This document shows, piece after piece, positions 9,346 to 22,206 of a DNA stretch of 64,000 bases (positions are counted from its first letter, which is position 1; each line of letters begins with the position of its first letter). Source of the DNA: Polyangiaceae bacterium (GTDB lineage: Bacteria > Myxococcota_A > Polyangia > Polyangiales > Polyangiaceae); NCBI GenBank assembly GCA_020633205.1, contig JACKEB010000014.1, forward strand, positions 331,392 through 395,391, in the 5' to 3' direction. The notes under the pieces were generated by a model. The model was not told where the DNA came from. It worked only from the letters and a program-made list of their open reading frames with translations, and made no database searches. The translations under genes and the position numbers were made by a program.

Positions 9346-10122
9346 ATGAAGGCCTTGATTGTCGATGATGAGCGGCTGAGCCGTCGTGCGCTGCGAGGCC
9401 TGCTCGGTCACCTCGGCGTCTCCGAGTGCGAGGAGGCGAGCAGCCTGAAGGACGCCATCGACGCGCTCACGCAAGAGCGCTTCGACCTGGTGTTTCTCGA
9501 CATTCAGCTCCGCGGGGAAACTGGCTTCGAGCTATTCGAGCGCGCCGGGCAGCTCGAGCTGCCCCCGGTCATCTTCGTGACGGCGTATGACTCCTACGCC
9601 GTGCGCGCCTTCGAAGTGAACGCCCTCGACTACTTGATGAAGCCGGTCGCGCTGGAACGTTTGCAGTCGGCGCTCGACCGCGCAAAGCAGCGCACCTCAC
9701 CCCCAAAATCTCGGGTAGAAACGCCGTCCACGGGCGTGGGGGGAGCGGCTCTGACTGCGCCGGCAACGGAGCTTTCGAAGCTCTCACCAGAGGACCTGAT
9801 TTTCTGTGAAGAAGGTGGAAAGGCGCGCTTCGTTCGGGTGAGCGAGGTGGTGTTGATTCAAGCCGCGGGGAACTACACCGAGATCGGACTGCAGGGTGGA
9901 GTGAGCGTGTTGGTGCTCAAGCCGCTGCTGGTGTGGGAGCAGCAACTGCCGGAGCGTCAGTTCGTGCGCGTCCATCGCTCGACGATCGTGAACGTGAGCT
10001 TCATTCGCGAGATCACCCGGGAGAGCTCGTCGAGTCACAGCGTCACGCTGCAAGGCTGGCCACGCGCCGTGCAGCTCAGCCGTCGGCGGGCGACGGAGCT
10101 TCGGAGTCGACTCGGGGTGTGA
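9346..10122 (+). CDS. LytR/AlgR-family response regulator (receiver + LytTR DNA-binding domain)
   Basis: Receiver motifs (LIVDDE, DLVFLDIQL, K). C-terminal LytTR-like FVRVHRSTIVN. Lies 7 bp downstream of the kinase. Confidence 0.92.
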   Translation: MKALIVDDERLSRRALRGLLGHLGVSECEEASSLKDAIDALTQERFDLVFLDIQLRGETGFELFERAGQLELPPVIFVTAYDSYAVRAFEVNALDYLMKPVALERLQSALDRAKQRTSPPKSRVETPSTGVGGAALTAPATELSKLSPEDLIFCEEGGKARFVRVSEVVLIQAAGNYTEIGLQGGVSVLVLKPLLVWEQQLPERQFVRVHRSTIVNVSFIREITRESSSSHSVTLQGWPRAVQLSRRRATELRSRLGV

Positions 10123-10215
10123 CCACTCATCCGGGTACGGAGCCGCTCATCCAACGAGGGCTCCGCTTGGCCTGAAGCGGTGGAACGCCACAAAAGATCC
10201 TGCAAACTCGGACCC

Positions 10216-11478
10216 ATGTTGCGCATCGCGAAAGTTGGCAGTCTCTGTTTGCTGGTGTCACTCCTCGGAGTCGGTTGCTCCGATGATGACAGCGCGTCTG
10301 GCGCGGGCGGGAGCGCCGGTTCGTCCACGGCAGGTTCCGCAGGGATTGGGGGTGAGGGGGGCAGCGCCGGAAGTAGCGCGGGCACCGGTGGAGCCAGTGG
10401 AGCTGCGGGCAGCGGCGGAACCGAAACGGGAGGCACCGCCGGGCAAGCCACAGCCGATCTCCAGAGCCTCATCGAAACAGCGCAGACCGAGATCGGTCTA
10501 CCGGCGCTCGCTGGCGTGGTGCTCCGCTCAGGCGGCATCGTCGATCAAGGGGTGAGCGGTGTGAGGCGCCTCAGTCAGCCGGATCTGGCGACGCTGGATG
10601 ACCACTGGCACATCGGCTCCAACGTCAAGGCCATGACCGCCACGCTGTGCGCGATGCTGGTGGAAGACGGCAAGCTAGAGTTCGACGCCAAGCTCAGCGA
10701 CTTATTCCCCGAGGTAACGGGTATCGACCTAGGGCTGGCGGACGTCACCCTCGAGATGTTGCTCCAGCACCGCGCTGGCATCGCAGCCTACACCAGCCGT
10801 TTGTCCATCAACGTCATCCCCACGGATGTCGCCGACGATCGCCAGAAGTTCGCGGAGTGGCTGATCCAGCAGCCACCGGCGACCCCCATCGGTGAGTTCA
10901 ACTACTCGAACGCCGGCTATGGCCTCGTGGGTGCGATCCTCGAACGCGCCAGCGGTATGACCTACGAAGAGCTCCTCGACTCGCGCCTCGTGCAACCTCT
11001 GGGGATGCAGTCCAAGGCGTGGCTCAGCTGGCCCGCGAGCACCGAAGCAGAGCAGCCCTGGGCCCATTGGTCGATCACCGGACCCTTGCAAGAGCACCCG
11101 CCCACTGACGTCTCGATGCCCCTCGGGCTGAGCACTGCAGGCAACTTCAGCTTCTCGCTGCTCGACTACGCACGCTTCGTCCAGCTCCACCTGCGGGCGC
11201 GTCGTGAAGATCCAGAGCTCCTGAGCCAAGGCAGCTTCGACAAGCTGCACACGCCGAACGGCGACTACGCCATGGGCTGGGTCGTTGCGAGCTACAACGG
11301 CAAGCCACTTCTGGCTCACGAGGGCAGCCTGGATGGCTTCGATGCGCACACCGTGATCTGGCCGACTGAAGATCTAGCGCTCGTGCTGGTCAACAACGCG
11401 GGCGCGAACTTCGCGAGCGAACCGGTAGCGATGCGTTGGCTGGCGTGGTCCGAGCTGCCGTGGCCAGCCGCGAAGTGA
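10216..11478 (+). CDS. Serine hydrolase, class C beta-lactamase / PBP-related family, lipoprotein with Gly/Ser-rich linker
   Basis: Lipobox LLGVGC, then a GS-rich linker. SxxK (SNVK) and YxN (YSN) active-site motifs are present. Alternative start at 10180. Confidence 0.85.
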   Translation: MLRIAKVGSLCLLVSLLGVGCSDDDSASGAGGSAGSSTAGSAGIGGEGGSAGSSAGTGGASGAAGSGGTETGGTAGQATADLQSLIETAQTEIGLPALAGVVLRSGGIVDQGVSGVRRLSQPDLATLDDHWHIGSNVKAMTATLCAMLVEDGKLEFDAKLSDLFPEVTGIDLGLADVTLEMLLQHRAGIAAYTSRLSINVIPTDVADDRQKFAEWLIQQPPATPIGEFNYSNAGYGLVGAILERASGMTYEELLDSRLVQPLGMQSKAWLSWPASTEAEQPWAHWSITGPLQEHPPTDVSMPLGLSTAGNFSFSLLDYARFVQLHLRARREDPELLSQGSFDKLHTPNGDYAMGWVVASYNGKPLLAHEGSLDGFDAHTVIWPTEDLALVLVNNAGANFASEPVAMRWLAWSELPWPAAK

Positions 11479-11500
11479 CGCGACGTGCGGCTAGCTGCGG

Positions 11501-12421
11501 TTACTGTGGCGGCTGCAAGCACCGCACGCACTCGAGGAGCGCGCGCATCTTGGGCGCAGTAGAAATTCTCTGGGGAAAATAAAGAAACAACCCGCTCTCG
11601 ACGATGCTGTACTCCGGCAGCACACGCATCAACGAGCCGCAGGCGAGCTGGCGCTCGACCAAGGGCGCAAACAAGTAGGCGAGGCCCTGGCCTGCCTCGG
11701 CGAGCTCGGCTGCATACAAGGCGTCATTGACCACCAGTGAGCCGCGCACTTCGACACGCCGATCGTCGCCTGCTTCCTGAAACTCCCAACGGTAAAGGCC
11801 GCCCCCGCTGACTTCCCGGTAGCCAATGCACTGGTGCTGCGCGAGGTCAGACAGCGTCTTCGGAGGTGGATGCGTACGGAAATACGTCGGGCTCCCCACG
11901 ACGATGGCTTCCAGAGGCGGTGTCAGCCGAACCGCGACCATGTCTTGCTGAACCATCTCACCGAGGCGCACCCCAGCGTCGAAACCCTGGGCGACGATGT
12001 CTGACAAGCCATCGTCGATGAAGATCTCCAGCTGAACCTTGGAGTGCTTTCGCCCGAGCTCAAGCGCGAGCGGAGTGACGGTCAACGGGAGCGCCACGCG
12101 GGGAACATTCAGGCGCAGCAGCCCGGTGGCTTCTCCCGAAGCGGCGAGCCGCAACAGCTCGAGCTCTTCACCCAGGCCAGTCAACGCCGGCTCGGCCGCC
12201 GCGACAAAACCATGGCCCGCTTCCGTGAGGGAAACGCTGCGGGTCGTGCGCGCAAACAGAGCGACGCCGAGGCCGCTCTCCACCTGGCGCACGGCGTGAG
12301 AGACGGCGGAAGGCGTCATCCCAAGCTCCCGCGCGGCCGCGGTGAAGCTCCGCTTTTGCGCGACGCTGAGCACCACCGGTAGGTGCCTCAAGAGGTCCCG
12401 CGTGGCGCTCAGCTCCTGCAT
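11501..12421 (-). CDS. LysR-family transcriptional regulator
   Basis: N-terminal HTH (SFTAAARELGMTPSAVSHAVRQVE) followed by a LysR substrate-binding domain. Divergent from the aldo/keto reductase gene. Confidence 0.93.
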   Translation of the reverse strand: MQELSATRDLLRHLPVVLSVAQKRSFTAAARELGMTPSAVSHAVRQVESGLGVALFARTTRSVSLTEAGHGFVAAAEPALTGLGEELELLRLAASGEATGLLRLNVPRVALPLTVTPLALELGRKHSKVQLEIFIDDGLSDIVAQGFDAGVRLGEMVQQDMVAVRLTPPLEAIVVGSPTYFRTHPPPKTLSDLAQHQCIGYREVSGGGLYRWEFQEAGDDRRVEVRGSLVVNDALYAAELAEAGQGLAYLFAPLVERQLACGSLMRVLPEYSIVESGLFLYFPQRISTAPKMRALLECVRCLQPPQ

Positions 12422-12520
12422 TGTGAAACTCTACTTCATAATGCATGCAATCAGCAGGCGATTATCAGAACGCATTGCAGGGTGCACAGTCACTGGGTCA
12501 GCCATCGAGAGGAGATCCAC

Positions 12521-13603
12521 ATGACCTTGAACCGCTACTTCACCCTCGGAAACACCGGCTTACGCGTGAGCCCCCTGGCGCTGGGCGCCATGACCTTCGG
12601 CACCGAGTGGGGCTGGGGCACAAACCGCGAGACCGCGGAGCAAATGCTGTCCCTGTACCTGGAGCGCGGCGGCAACTTCATCGACACCGCGGACCTCTAC
12701 ACCGGCGGCACCAGCGAACAGTGGCTGGGTGAGATGATCAGCGAACGCAAGCTGCGTGACCGCGTCGTGCTGGCCACCAAGTTCTCGTACAACGCGGAAC
12801 CGGGTAACCCCAACGCGGGCGGCAACGGTCGCAAGAACCTCTTGCGCGCGGTTGAAGGATCATTACGCCGTCTCAAGACGGACTACATCGACCTCTACCT
12901 GCTTCACACTTGGGACGGCGTGACGCCGGTCGAAGAGGTGATGCGCACCTTCGACGACTTGGTTCGCGCGGGAAAGGTGCGCCACGTCGGGCTCTCGAAT
13001 ACTCCGGCGTGGTATGCGGCGCGTGGCCAGACGCTGGCCGAGGCGCGTGGTTACGAGCGCTTGAGTGCGCTGCAGCTCGAGTACTCCCTCGTCGAACGCC
13101 ATATCGAGCGCGAGTTCATTCCGCTCGGAACCGAACTCGGCATGGGCGTGATGGTGTGGAGCCCGCTGGGCAGCGGGATGCTGAGCGGGAAGTATCGCGC
13201 AAAAGACGGCGCGGCACCATCCACCGAGGGTCGCCTCCAGGTGATGCAGGACTCCACCAACCCGGGCTTCACCAAGCTGAAGCAAGAGAGGAACTGGCGC
13301 ATCGTGGCCGAGCTCGAGCAGGTGAGCGACGCGCTGGGCCACTCGATGGCGCAAGTGGCGCTGAACTGGGTGGCGAATCGACCAGGCGTGGCGTCGGTGC
13401 TCGTGGGTGCCACCAAGCTCAGCCAACTCGAAGACAATCTCGGGGCGCTGGACTTCGACATCCCCACGGAGCTGCGGCAGCGCCTGGACGCGGTGAGTGC
13501 GCTACCCCAGAGCTTCCCCTACAGCTTCTTTGAGGGGGAGATCCAGAGCATGATCCACACCGCGGACGTTGCTCGAAAGCCGCCGCGCTACCTTGCGCGT
13601 TGA
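12521..13603 (+). CDS. Aldo/keto reductase
   Basis: ATG at 12521 is preceded by gagaggag. MTLNRYFTLGNTGLRVSPLALGAMTFG..., plus GNFIDTADLY and LYLLH motifs typical of the AKR11/13-like family. Confidence 0.93.
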   Translation: MTLNRYFTLGNTGLRVSPLALGAMTFGTEWGWGTNRETAEQMLSLYLERGGNFIDTADLYTGGTSEQWLGEMISERKLRDRVVLATKFSYNAEPGNPNAGGNGRKNLLRAVEGSLRRLKTDYIDLYLLHTWDGVTPVEEVMRTFDDLVRAGKVRHVGLSNTPAWYAARGQTLAEARGYERLSALQLEYSLVERHIEREFIPLGTELGMGVMVWSPLGSGMLSGKYRAKDGAAPSTEGRLQVMQDSTNPGFTKLKQERNWRIVAELEQVSDALGHSMAQVALNWVANRPGVASVLVGATKLSQLEDNLGALDFDIPTELRQRLDAVSALPQSFPYSFFEGEIQSMIHTADVARKPPRYLAR

Positions 13604-13612
13604 GCAGTCCTG

Positions 13613-14788
13613 CTACTCGGCGCGCTGAGCAGCGTAGGCGTCCGCTGCGGCGCCCAGCGGATCACCCTTGGGCGCGACGCCCTGGTTGCCGAGGGCGGCG
13701 AGCAGCGCGCTGAGGCAGGTGGTGACATGATTCCGCGTGGCACCAGCACCCATGAGCCCGATGCGCCAGGTCTTGCCCTTGAGCGGTCCCAGTCCACCGC
13801 CGATCTCCAAGCCGAAGTCGTGCAGCAGCTGACTACGGAGCTTCGCGTCATCGACGCCTTCCGGGATGTTCACGCTCGTCAGCTGGGGGAGTCGCTCCGC
13901 CTCGGGCACCGCGAGCGACAGGCCCATGGCCTCGAGCCCGGCCTTGAGCGCACTCGAGTGGCGCTGGTGGCGAGCAACGCGCTCTTCCAGCCCCTCATCC
14001 AGGGTCAAGCGCAGCGCCTCGTGCAAGGCGTACATCATGTTGATGGGCGCCGTGTGATGGTACGCGCGCGCCTGACCCCAGTAGCTGGCGATCAGGCTCA
14101 GATCCAGGTACCAGCTCTGCACGGGTTGTTTTCGTGCGGCAAGGCGCTCCTCCGCCTTCGCCGAGAAACTGATCGGCGCGAGTCCTGGCGGGCAAGACAA
14201 GCACTTCTGGGTGCCGGAGTAGATGGCGTCTACCCCGTGCTTGTCCAGGTCGATGTGGGAGCCGCCAAGAGAGGTCACGGCGTCCACCAAGAGCAACGCG
14301 CCAAGCTCGTTTGCGACCTCGCGCATCGGCGCCAGGTCTTGCAGCACGCCGGTCGAGGTCTCAGCGTGCACCACAGCCAGGATATCGAACGACTTGCCGC
14401 CAGCTGCCGCGAGCAGTTGCTCTTTGGTGAGGGCGCGGCCCCAGGTCTGCTCAACAACGCTGACTTCGGCGCCGCAGCGTTTCGCCACCTCCACCATGCG
14501 TGTGCCGAAAACACCGTTCACTCCCACCAAGACGCGCGTGCCTGGCTCCACCAGGTTCACGAAGCAGGTTTCCATCCCCGCGGAACCGGTACCGCTCATG
14601 GGAAACGTCAGGCGATTCTTGGTGTTGAAGGCGCCGCGCAGCATCTCGCGTACTTCGTCCATCACCTGGAGAAAGTACGGGTCCAGGTGCCCGACGGTGG
14701 GCTTGCTCAAGGCGTTCAGCACGCTTGCAGGCACGGGCGAAGGTCCGGGCCCCATCAGGACGCGAGTCGGAGGTGTCAGCTGCTGCAT
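13613..14788 (-). CDS. Class V aminotransferase (serine--pyruvate / alanine--glyoxylate aminotransferase-like)
   Basis: PLP-enzyme motifs: HAETSTGV and SGTQKCL (Lys). ATG at 14788 is preceded by ggggaagg. The track's 14824 start is a TTG. Confidence 0.9.
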   Translation of the reverse strand: MQQLTPPTRVLMGPGPSPVPASVLNALSKPTVGHLDPYFLQVMDEVREMLRGAFNTKNRLTFPMSGTGSAGMETCFVNLVEPGTRVLVGVNGVFGTRMVEVAKRCGAEVSVVEQTWGRALTKEQLLAAAGGKSFDILAVVHAETSTGVLQDLAPMREVANELGALLLVDAVTSLGGSHIDLDKHGVDAIYSGTQKCLSCPPGLAPISFSAKAEERLAARKQPVQSWYLDLSLIASYWGQARAYHHTAPINMMYALHEALRLTLDEGLEERVARHQRHSSALKAGLEAMGLSLAVPEAERLPQLTSVNIPEGVDDAKLRSQLLHDFGLEIGGGLGPLKGKTWRIGLMGAGATRNHVTTCLSALLAALGNQGVAPKGDPLGAAADAYAAQRAE

Positions 14789-14847
14789 GCTGCGAGCCTT
14801 CCCCGGTTTGCCCTGGGAAGGCAAGCGCTCGCGCTCGACGAGCTGAG

Positions 14848-15474
14848 TCAGCGTACGAGGCGAAAGCCCATGCCGGCATAGCGCGCTGCGGCACCATCGG
14901 CGTCGTCGCGATCGCCAATCACCAAGCAGCGCTTCGCATCCACGCCGAGACGCTCTGCGGCCTTGAGGTAGCCATCAGGCCACGGCTTGAGGCGACTCGG
15001 TCCGTCGGGCTCGCCGTTGGCGATCACCACATCGAAGAGCTCCACGGCGCCCAGTGCTTCGAGCTTGAGCTGCGCCGGGTAGTCGCTCACGAGCGCTGTC
15101 TTTCCGCCATCCGCGTGGAAACGCTGTATTTCGTCTAGCAGGCTCTGGCGACGAAACCAGCGGATGAAGCGTCCCGGCCTCGCCACCATCCAGTCCGTGA
15201 TGATCCCGCGCACCTCGTCCACAGGGCGTTTGGTTGCAGACGCAGTGCGCTCGAGCTGGATCGCGAAGGGGCTCTCCACCGGCTCGGTCAGGTGTTCGCG
15301 CAGGGCCTCGTGTTCATGCCGAAAGCGCCGCAGGAGCTTCACGTGGCGAAAGCCAAACAGCACCAGGCTGAGCGCCATCATCAGCTTGAGGGGCTTCGGC
15401 CGATACAGCGTACCGTCCAGATCTACGAGCCAAGCGTCGTATTCGCGCGAGCTGTCTACTGCCAAGGTCGCCAT
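14848..15474 (-). CDS. HAD-superfamily hydrolase
   Basis: Motif I DLDGTLY near the N-terminus. Motif IV-like GDRDDAD near the C-terminus. Confidence 0.8.
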   Translation of the reverse strand: MATLAVDSSREYDAWLVDLDGTLYRPKPLKLMMALSLVLFGFRHVKLLRRFRHEHEALREHLTEPVESPFAIQLERTASATKRPVDEVRGIITDWMVARPGRFIRWFRRQSLLDEIQRFHADGGKTALVSDYPAQLKLEALGAVELFDVVIANGEPDGPSRLKPWPDGYLKAAERLGVDAKRCLVIGDRDDADGAAARYAGMGFRLVR

Positions 15475-15560
15475 CTGGTAGCACGCTGTCTGCGGGAAGT
15501 GTGAGGCTAGCGCGTGACCGTTTCCGGAGTGTGACGTTGCTCGGGGGTTTGGGGGGGAGG

Positions 15561-18419
<2,859 letters not shown>

Positions 18420-18628
18420 GCTGCACGAAACGTTTGCGCGATTTACAGAACGGGGAAGCGAGGCCATTTGGGCGGGATTGCGTTGCGCGAAATGGAGCGC
18501 CTCACCCCCAACCAATGAAACGTCGTGAAACGACTGGGACAGCTGGTTTCAGGTGTTTGCAACGCGCTCGCCGCCTCTTCAGAGGCTGCAAGTCCCGTGA
18601 TCTCCGGCATTTCCGTGGGGTCAGTCAC

Positions 18629-18644
18629 TGGCACGCCGGCTGCA
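18629..18644 (+). promoter_or_regulatory. Candidate sigma-54 (-24/-12) promoter
   Basis: TGGCACG-CCGG-CTGCA compared with consensus TGGCACG-N4-TTGCW. GG and GC have the correct 12-nt register. It lies about 100 bp upstream of the 18747 ATG. It is the only good match I found outside coding sequence. Confidence 0.5.
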
Positions 18645-18746
18645 ATCCCTACCTCACCAACCACTCGCGCCTGAGGGGCGCGCTTTGAAAGAACCGTTTT
18701 CCTCCCGAGCAGCTCACACACGAGTACGGGGGAACAGGAGTGAGCC

Positions 18747-19637
18747 ATGCAGATCCAGTCGTTTTATGACAAGCCCACCTTCACGCTGACGTTCGTCGTT
18801 TGGGACGAGCAGACGAACGACGCGGTCGTGATTGATCCGGTCCTGGACTTCAACCCGCTGACCGTCGCTACTGAGACCATGAGCGCGAGCCACGTGCTCG
18901 AGTTCATTCAGAAGCGCAAGCTCAACGTCCATTACATCCTCGAGACCCACGCTCACGCCGACCACCTGAGCGGCGCGCAGTTTCTCAAGCGTCACCTGAA
19001 CGCGAAGGTGGTGATCGGGGAGAAGATCACGAAGGTGCAGTCGATGTTCAAGGACATCTTCGCGCTGGGTGAGCTCAAGACGGATGGCTCGCAGTTCGAC
19101 AAGCTGGCCGCCGACGATGAGGTGATCAAGGCAGGGAGCTTGGAGGTCAAGGTGATCGCAACGCCCGGCCATACGCCGGCTTGTGTGAGCTACCTGATCG
19201 ACGACGCGGTGTTCACCGGCGACGCGCTGTTCATCGAGGACTACGGCACCGGACGCTGTGATTTTCCTGGCGGCAACGCTGCGGACCTCTATGACTCGGT
19301 GCACGGTAAGCTGTACAACCTGCCCGAAGAGACGCGCGTCTTCGTTGGCCACGACTATCAGCCCGGTGGGCGCCCGCTGCGCTGTGAGACCACCATCGCC
19401 GATAGCAAGGCGAAGAACCCGCAGCTCAAGCAGTCCACCGAGCGTGAAGCCTTCGTCGAGGCGCGCCAAGCACGGGACGCGACGCTGGACCCGCCGCGCC
19501 TGCTCTACCCGAGCGTGCAGATCAACATTGCCGCAGGGCAACTACCGCCGGAGAACCCCAACGGTCGCCGCTACCTCTCGATTCCGCTGAACCTGCGGCG
19601 GCCCACCGACGAGGCCGGCGAGCCCAAGGCGATGTGA
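18747..19637 (+). CDS. MBL-fold metallo-hydrolase, type II persulfide dioxygenase-like
   Basis: THAHADH metal motif, [19 protein letters not shown]. The overall pattern matches my recollection of the ~295-aa bacterial PDO family. aggag sits 6 nt upstream of the ATG. Confidence 0.85.
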   Translation: MQIQSFYDKPTFTLTFVVWDEQTNDAVVIDPVLDFNPLTVATETMSASHVLEFIQKRKLNVHYILETHAHADHLSGAQFLKRHLNAKVVIGEKITKVQSMFKDIFALGELKTDGSQFDKLAADDEVIKAGSLEVKVIATPGHTPACVSYLIDDAVFTGDALFIEDYGTGRCDFPGGNAADLYDSVHGKLYNLPEETRVFVGHDYQPGGRPLRCETTIADSKAKNPQLKQSTEREAFVEARQARDATLDPPRLLYPSVQINIAAGQLPPENPNGRRYLSIPLNLRRPTDEAGEPKAM

Positions 19638-19699
19638 GCTGCGGTCGTTGCGAGCTGCGGTCGTTGCGAGCACGGTGCAATCCGGGCTAGGACGGGGCG

Positions 19700-20260
19700 G
19701 TGGAAACGCCGCGTCTGTTCCTAGCCCAAGCCTGCAACAACGCCTGGTCCAATCACCGGCTGTTGGTCGCCTGCGAGAAGCTGAGTGCCGAGGAGTTTGC
19801 TGACGCCTCGCGCACCAGCTTCTTTCCGTCGATCAGTGCGACCCTGAATCACAACCTGATCGTCGATTGGTACTACGTGGACGCGCTCGAGGGAGGTGAC
19901 CTCGGCCTCGCTGCGTTCGCGAGTGATGTCCCGTGTCCGAATTTTGCGGACCTGGCCAGGGAGCAGCGCGCCGTCGACCAGCGCTTGATTCGCTTCTGCA
20001 CCGGGCTTTGCCCCGAGGATCTGAGTCGCGAGGTGCGCATGCAGCGACGGGATCATGTGCAGGTGGACTGCGTGGCACGGACGCTGTTGCACCTGCTTCA
20101 GCACCAGATCCATCATCGGGGGCAGGCCCACGCGATGCTGAGCGGCACCTCGGTCAAGCCGCCTCAGCTGGATGAGTTCTTCATGGCGGGGGAGGTGCAC
20201 CTCAGGGCCGAGGAGCTTGCGGAGATTGGGCTCAGCGAGGCGCAGATCTGGGGGTGCTGA
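19700..20260 (+). CDS. DinB-family protein
   Basis: Four-helix DinB-like His pattern (NHNL..., LLHLLQHQIHHRGQ). GTG start. Confidence 0.8.
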   Translation: METPRLFLAQACNNAWSNHRLLVACEKLSAEEFADASRTSFFPSISATLNHNLIVDWYYVDALEGGDLGLAAFASDVPCPNFADLAREQRAVDQRLIRFCTGLCPEDLSREVRMQRRDHVQVDCVARTLLHLLQHQIHHRGQAHAMLSGTSVKPPQLDEFFMAGEVHLRAEELAEIGLSEAQIWGC

Positions 20261-20335
20261 GAAGCGGGTTTGCCGCAACACCCTCGGTCTGGCGGGAGCC
20301 TGGCGGGCGGGGCGCTAGCAGGATACGATCCGGCG

Positions 20336-21463
20336 GTGATCGAGCGGATTCACTACAAAGGCTTCAAGAGCTTGCGCGACGTGGTCTTCGAGCCTGGGCG
20401 CTTCGCCGTGATCGTGGGTCGCAACGGAAGCGGTAAGTCCACGATGCTCGAGGGCATCCGCAAGATGTGCATGCTGGCGCAGCCCTTACCCGGTGAGGGA
20501 AGGAGAGTGGGCGGGAGGCCTGCGCTCGTTTTCGACGAGTCGCAGTTCGATGCGGAGAGCTTTGCACGCCAGGGGCACTTTCAGCTCACTCTCACGTATC
20601 CACGCCACGTACTCAGCGTGCACGCTAACTCTAAGGGGGTCGAAGACAAGCGCCTCTTTCTCACGTTTGACAGCAACCAAGTACCGGCAACCTCCTCCGA
20701 GTGCAAAACGCGCCTTGATGCTGCTCAGGGTCATATACCCACTGCGCGCTACTTCCGCTTCGCCCAGGATCGACTAACGGCCGTGGCGTTACCTCGAAGC
20801 GACACGCCTGAGGTAGAGGAAGATGGCTACGGTGTTGCCACTGTTCTTTCAGATCTAGCGGGCAACGCGAGGCAACAGTTCGATTTGGTGCTGGAGGACG
20901 TCAAAGCCATTGTTCCGGGGGTGGAAGACTTGCGCCTACCCAACGCGTGGACCTCTGTGACCGAGAGTGAGCTTGTCAGGATTGGCGACGATCTGCTCCC
21001 CCGTCAAACAAAGCGAGACGTTGTTGGTAAGTCATTTGAACTGCGTTTGGGGAAGCAGGGGTGGATCCCTGCGGAAATGTTGAGTGAGGGCACGGTATTG
21101 GCCCTCACATTGTCAACTCTTATCCGCTCGGCAACACGCCCTCGGGTCCTCTTGATAGACGACTTGGAGCGCGGGCTACACCCCCTCGCCCAGCAAGCTA
21201 CGGTACGGCGAATTCAAGATGCCCTAGCAGCAGCGAGCGATCTCCAAGTGATTTGCACCACGCACTCGCCGTTTGTGGTCGACGCCGCGCCGCCGGAGAG
21301 CGTCTTCGTGACCAAGGTAGAGCGAGCGACGGGTGCGGCGAGCGCTAGGCGCCTGATCGAGCATCCCGAGTACGAAAAGTGGAAAGACGCGATGCTCCCG
21401 GGTGAGTTCTGGTCCAGCGTAGGCGAGGACTGGATCTTTGAGGATGAGGCCGCTGCCCAGTGA
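20336..21463 (+). CDS. ABC-type (AAA_21/SMC-like) ATPase
   Basis: Walker A GRNGSGKST, LSEGT signature-like motif, Walker B VLLIDDLERGLHP, TTHSP. GTG at 20336 gives VIERIHYKGFKSL..., the usual N-terminus for this family. The track's 20270 start is a TTG. GC is locally depressed. Confidence 0.88.
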   Translation: MIERIHYKGFKSLRDVVFEPGRFAVIVGRNGSGKSTMLEGIRKMCMLAQPLPGEGRRVGGRPALVFDESQFDAESFARQGHFQLTLTYPRHVLSVHANSKGVEDKRLFLTFDSNQVPATSSECKTRLDAAQGHIPTARYFRFAQDRLTAVALPRSDTPEVEEDGYGVATVLSDLAGNARQQFDLVLEDVKAIVPGVEDLRLPNAWTSVTESELVRIGDDLLPRQTKRDVVGKSFELRLGKQGWIPAEMLSEGTVLALTLSTLIRSATRPRVLLIDDLERGLHPLAQQATVRRIQDALAAASDLQVICTTHSPFVVDAAPPESVFVTKVERATGAASARRLIEHPEYEKWKDAMLPGEFWSSVGEDWIFEDEAAAQ

Positions 21464-22206
21464 CGCACACGAAGCTCTTCTGCCTAGCCGGCGAAGACGC
21501 AGCGCACCACAAGCTCACGACCCGAATCACCGATCGACTTCTAGTCGAGGGCATCGATTGGCTTGAGGAAGGGGCGGTCCTTGACGGGACTCGAACGTGG
21601 GCGGGGCTCCAGTCGGTCGAATATTTCCAGCTGAGCAAGGCTTGCGCTCGCGCTCGCGAGGAGAAGCTAAACTTCTACGGAGGCTTCCAGAATGATCCCA
21701 AGGCACTCGAAGCTCGGCAATACCGCGCGGCAATCTTGCTATTCATGAAGGTCTGCAAGCCCCCTCCCACCCTGCTGATCATCGCCCGAGATCTGGATGG
21801 AGAGCCCAACCGCCGTCATGGTTTCGAGAGTGCTGTCGAGCATACTAAGCCACCGTTTCCTGTTGTTCTCGCAGCGCCGCAACCCGAAGCGGAGGCGTGG
21901 TACGTTGCCGGCTACGTTCCTCGTGATGATACCGAGCGGAAACGCTTGGATGAGGTGACCCGAAAGCTCGGATTCGATCCTACAGAACGCCCTCACCAGC
22001 TCAAGTCGACGACTCACGCGTCAGTCCGTGACGCGAAGTCTGTCCTGGAAATGCTCGAACCGAATCGCGATCGCTGGATCGAGTGCCTGGACGAGCCATG
22101 GAGCGTACTCGAACGGCACGGAGACGGGAGTGTTGGCATGTGCGAGTTTGTGTCGCACTTGAGGGCGGCACTGACTGTGGTGTTCCCTGAGATGAGGAAG
22201 GGCTAG
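21460..22206 (+). CDS. Toprim-like protein (DUF4276 / OLD-nuclease-domain-like), partner of the ATPase
   Basis: GTG start overlaps the upstream TGA (GTGA). Ordered acidic motifs: LFCLAGEDAAH, LLIIARDLDGEP, PEAEAWYVAGY. The family assignment is inference from motif order only. Confidence 0.6.
   Translation: MTHTKLFCLAGEDAAHHKLTTRITDRLLVEGIDWLEEGAVLDGTRTWAGLQSVEYFQLSKACARAREEKLNFYGGFQNDPKALEARQYRAAILLFMKVCKPPPTLLIIARDLDGEPNRRHGFESAVEHTKPPFPVVLAAPQPEAEAWYVAGYVPRDDTERKRLDEVTRKLGFDPTERPHQLKSTTHASVRDAKSVLEMLEPNRDRWIECLDEPWSVLERHGDGSVGMCEFVSHLRAALTVVFPEMRKG

Noticed and set aside
13727-14881. 384-aa ORF antisense to the class V aminotransferase
   Set aside because: The minus-strand frame carries PLP-enzyme motifs. 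The plus-strand ORF is a GC artefact.
18714-19541. 275-aa ORF antisense to the MBL-fold gene
   Set aside because: The plus-strand frame has THAHADH and a good RBS. The antisense frame has no recognisable features.
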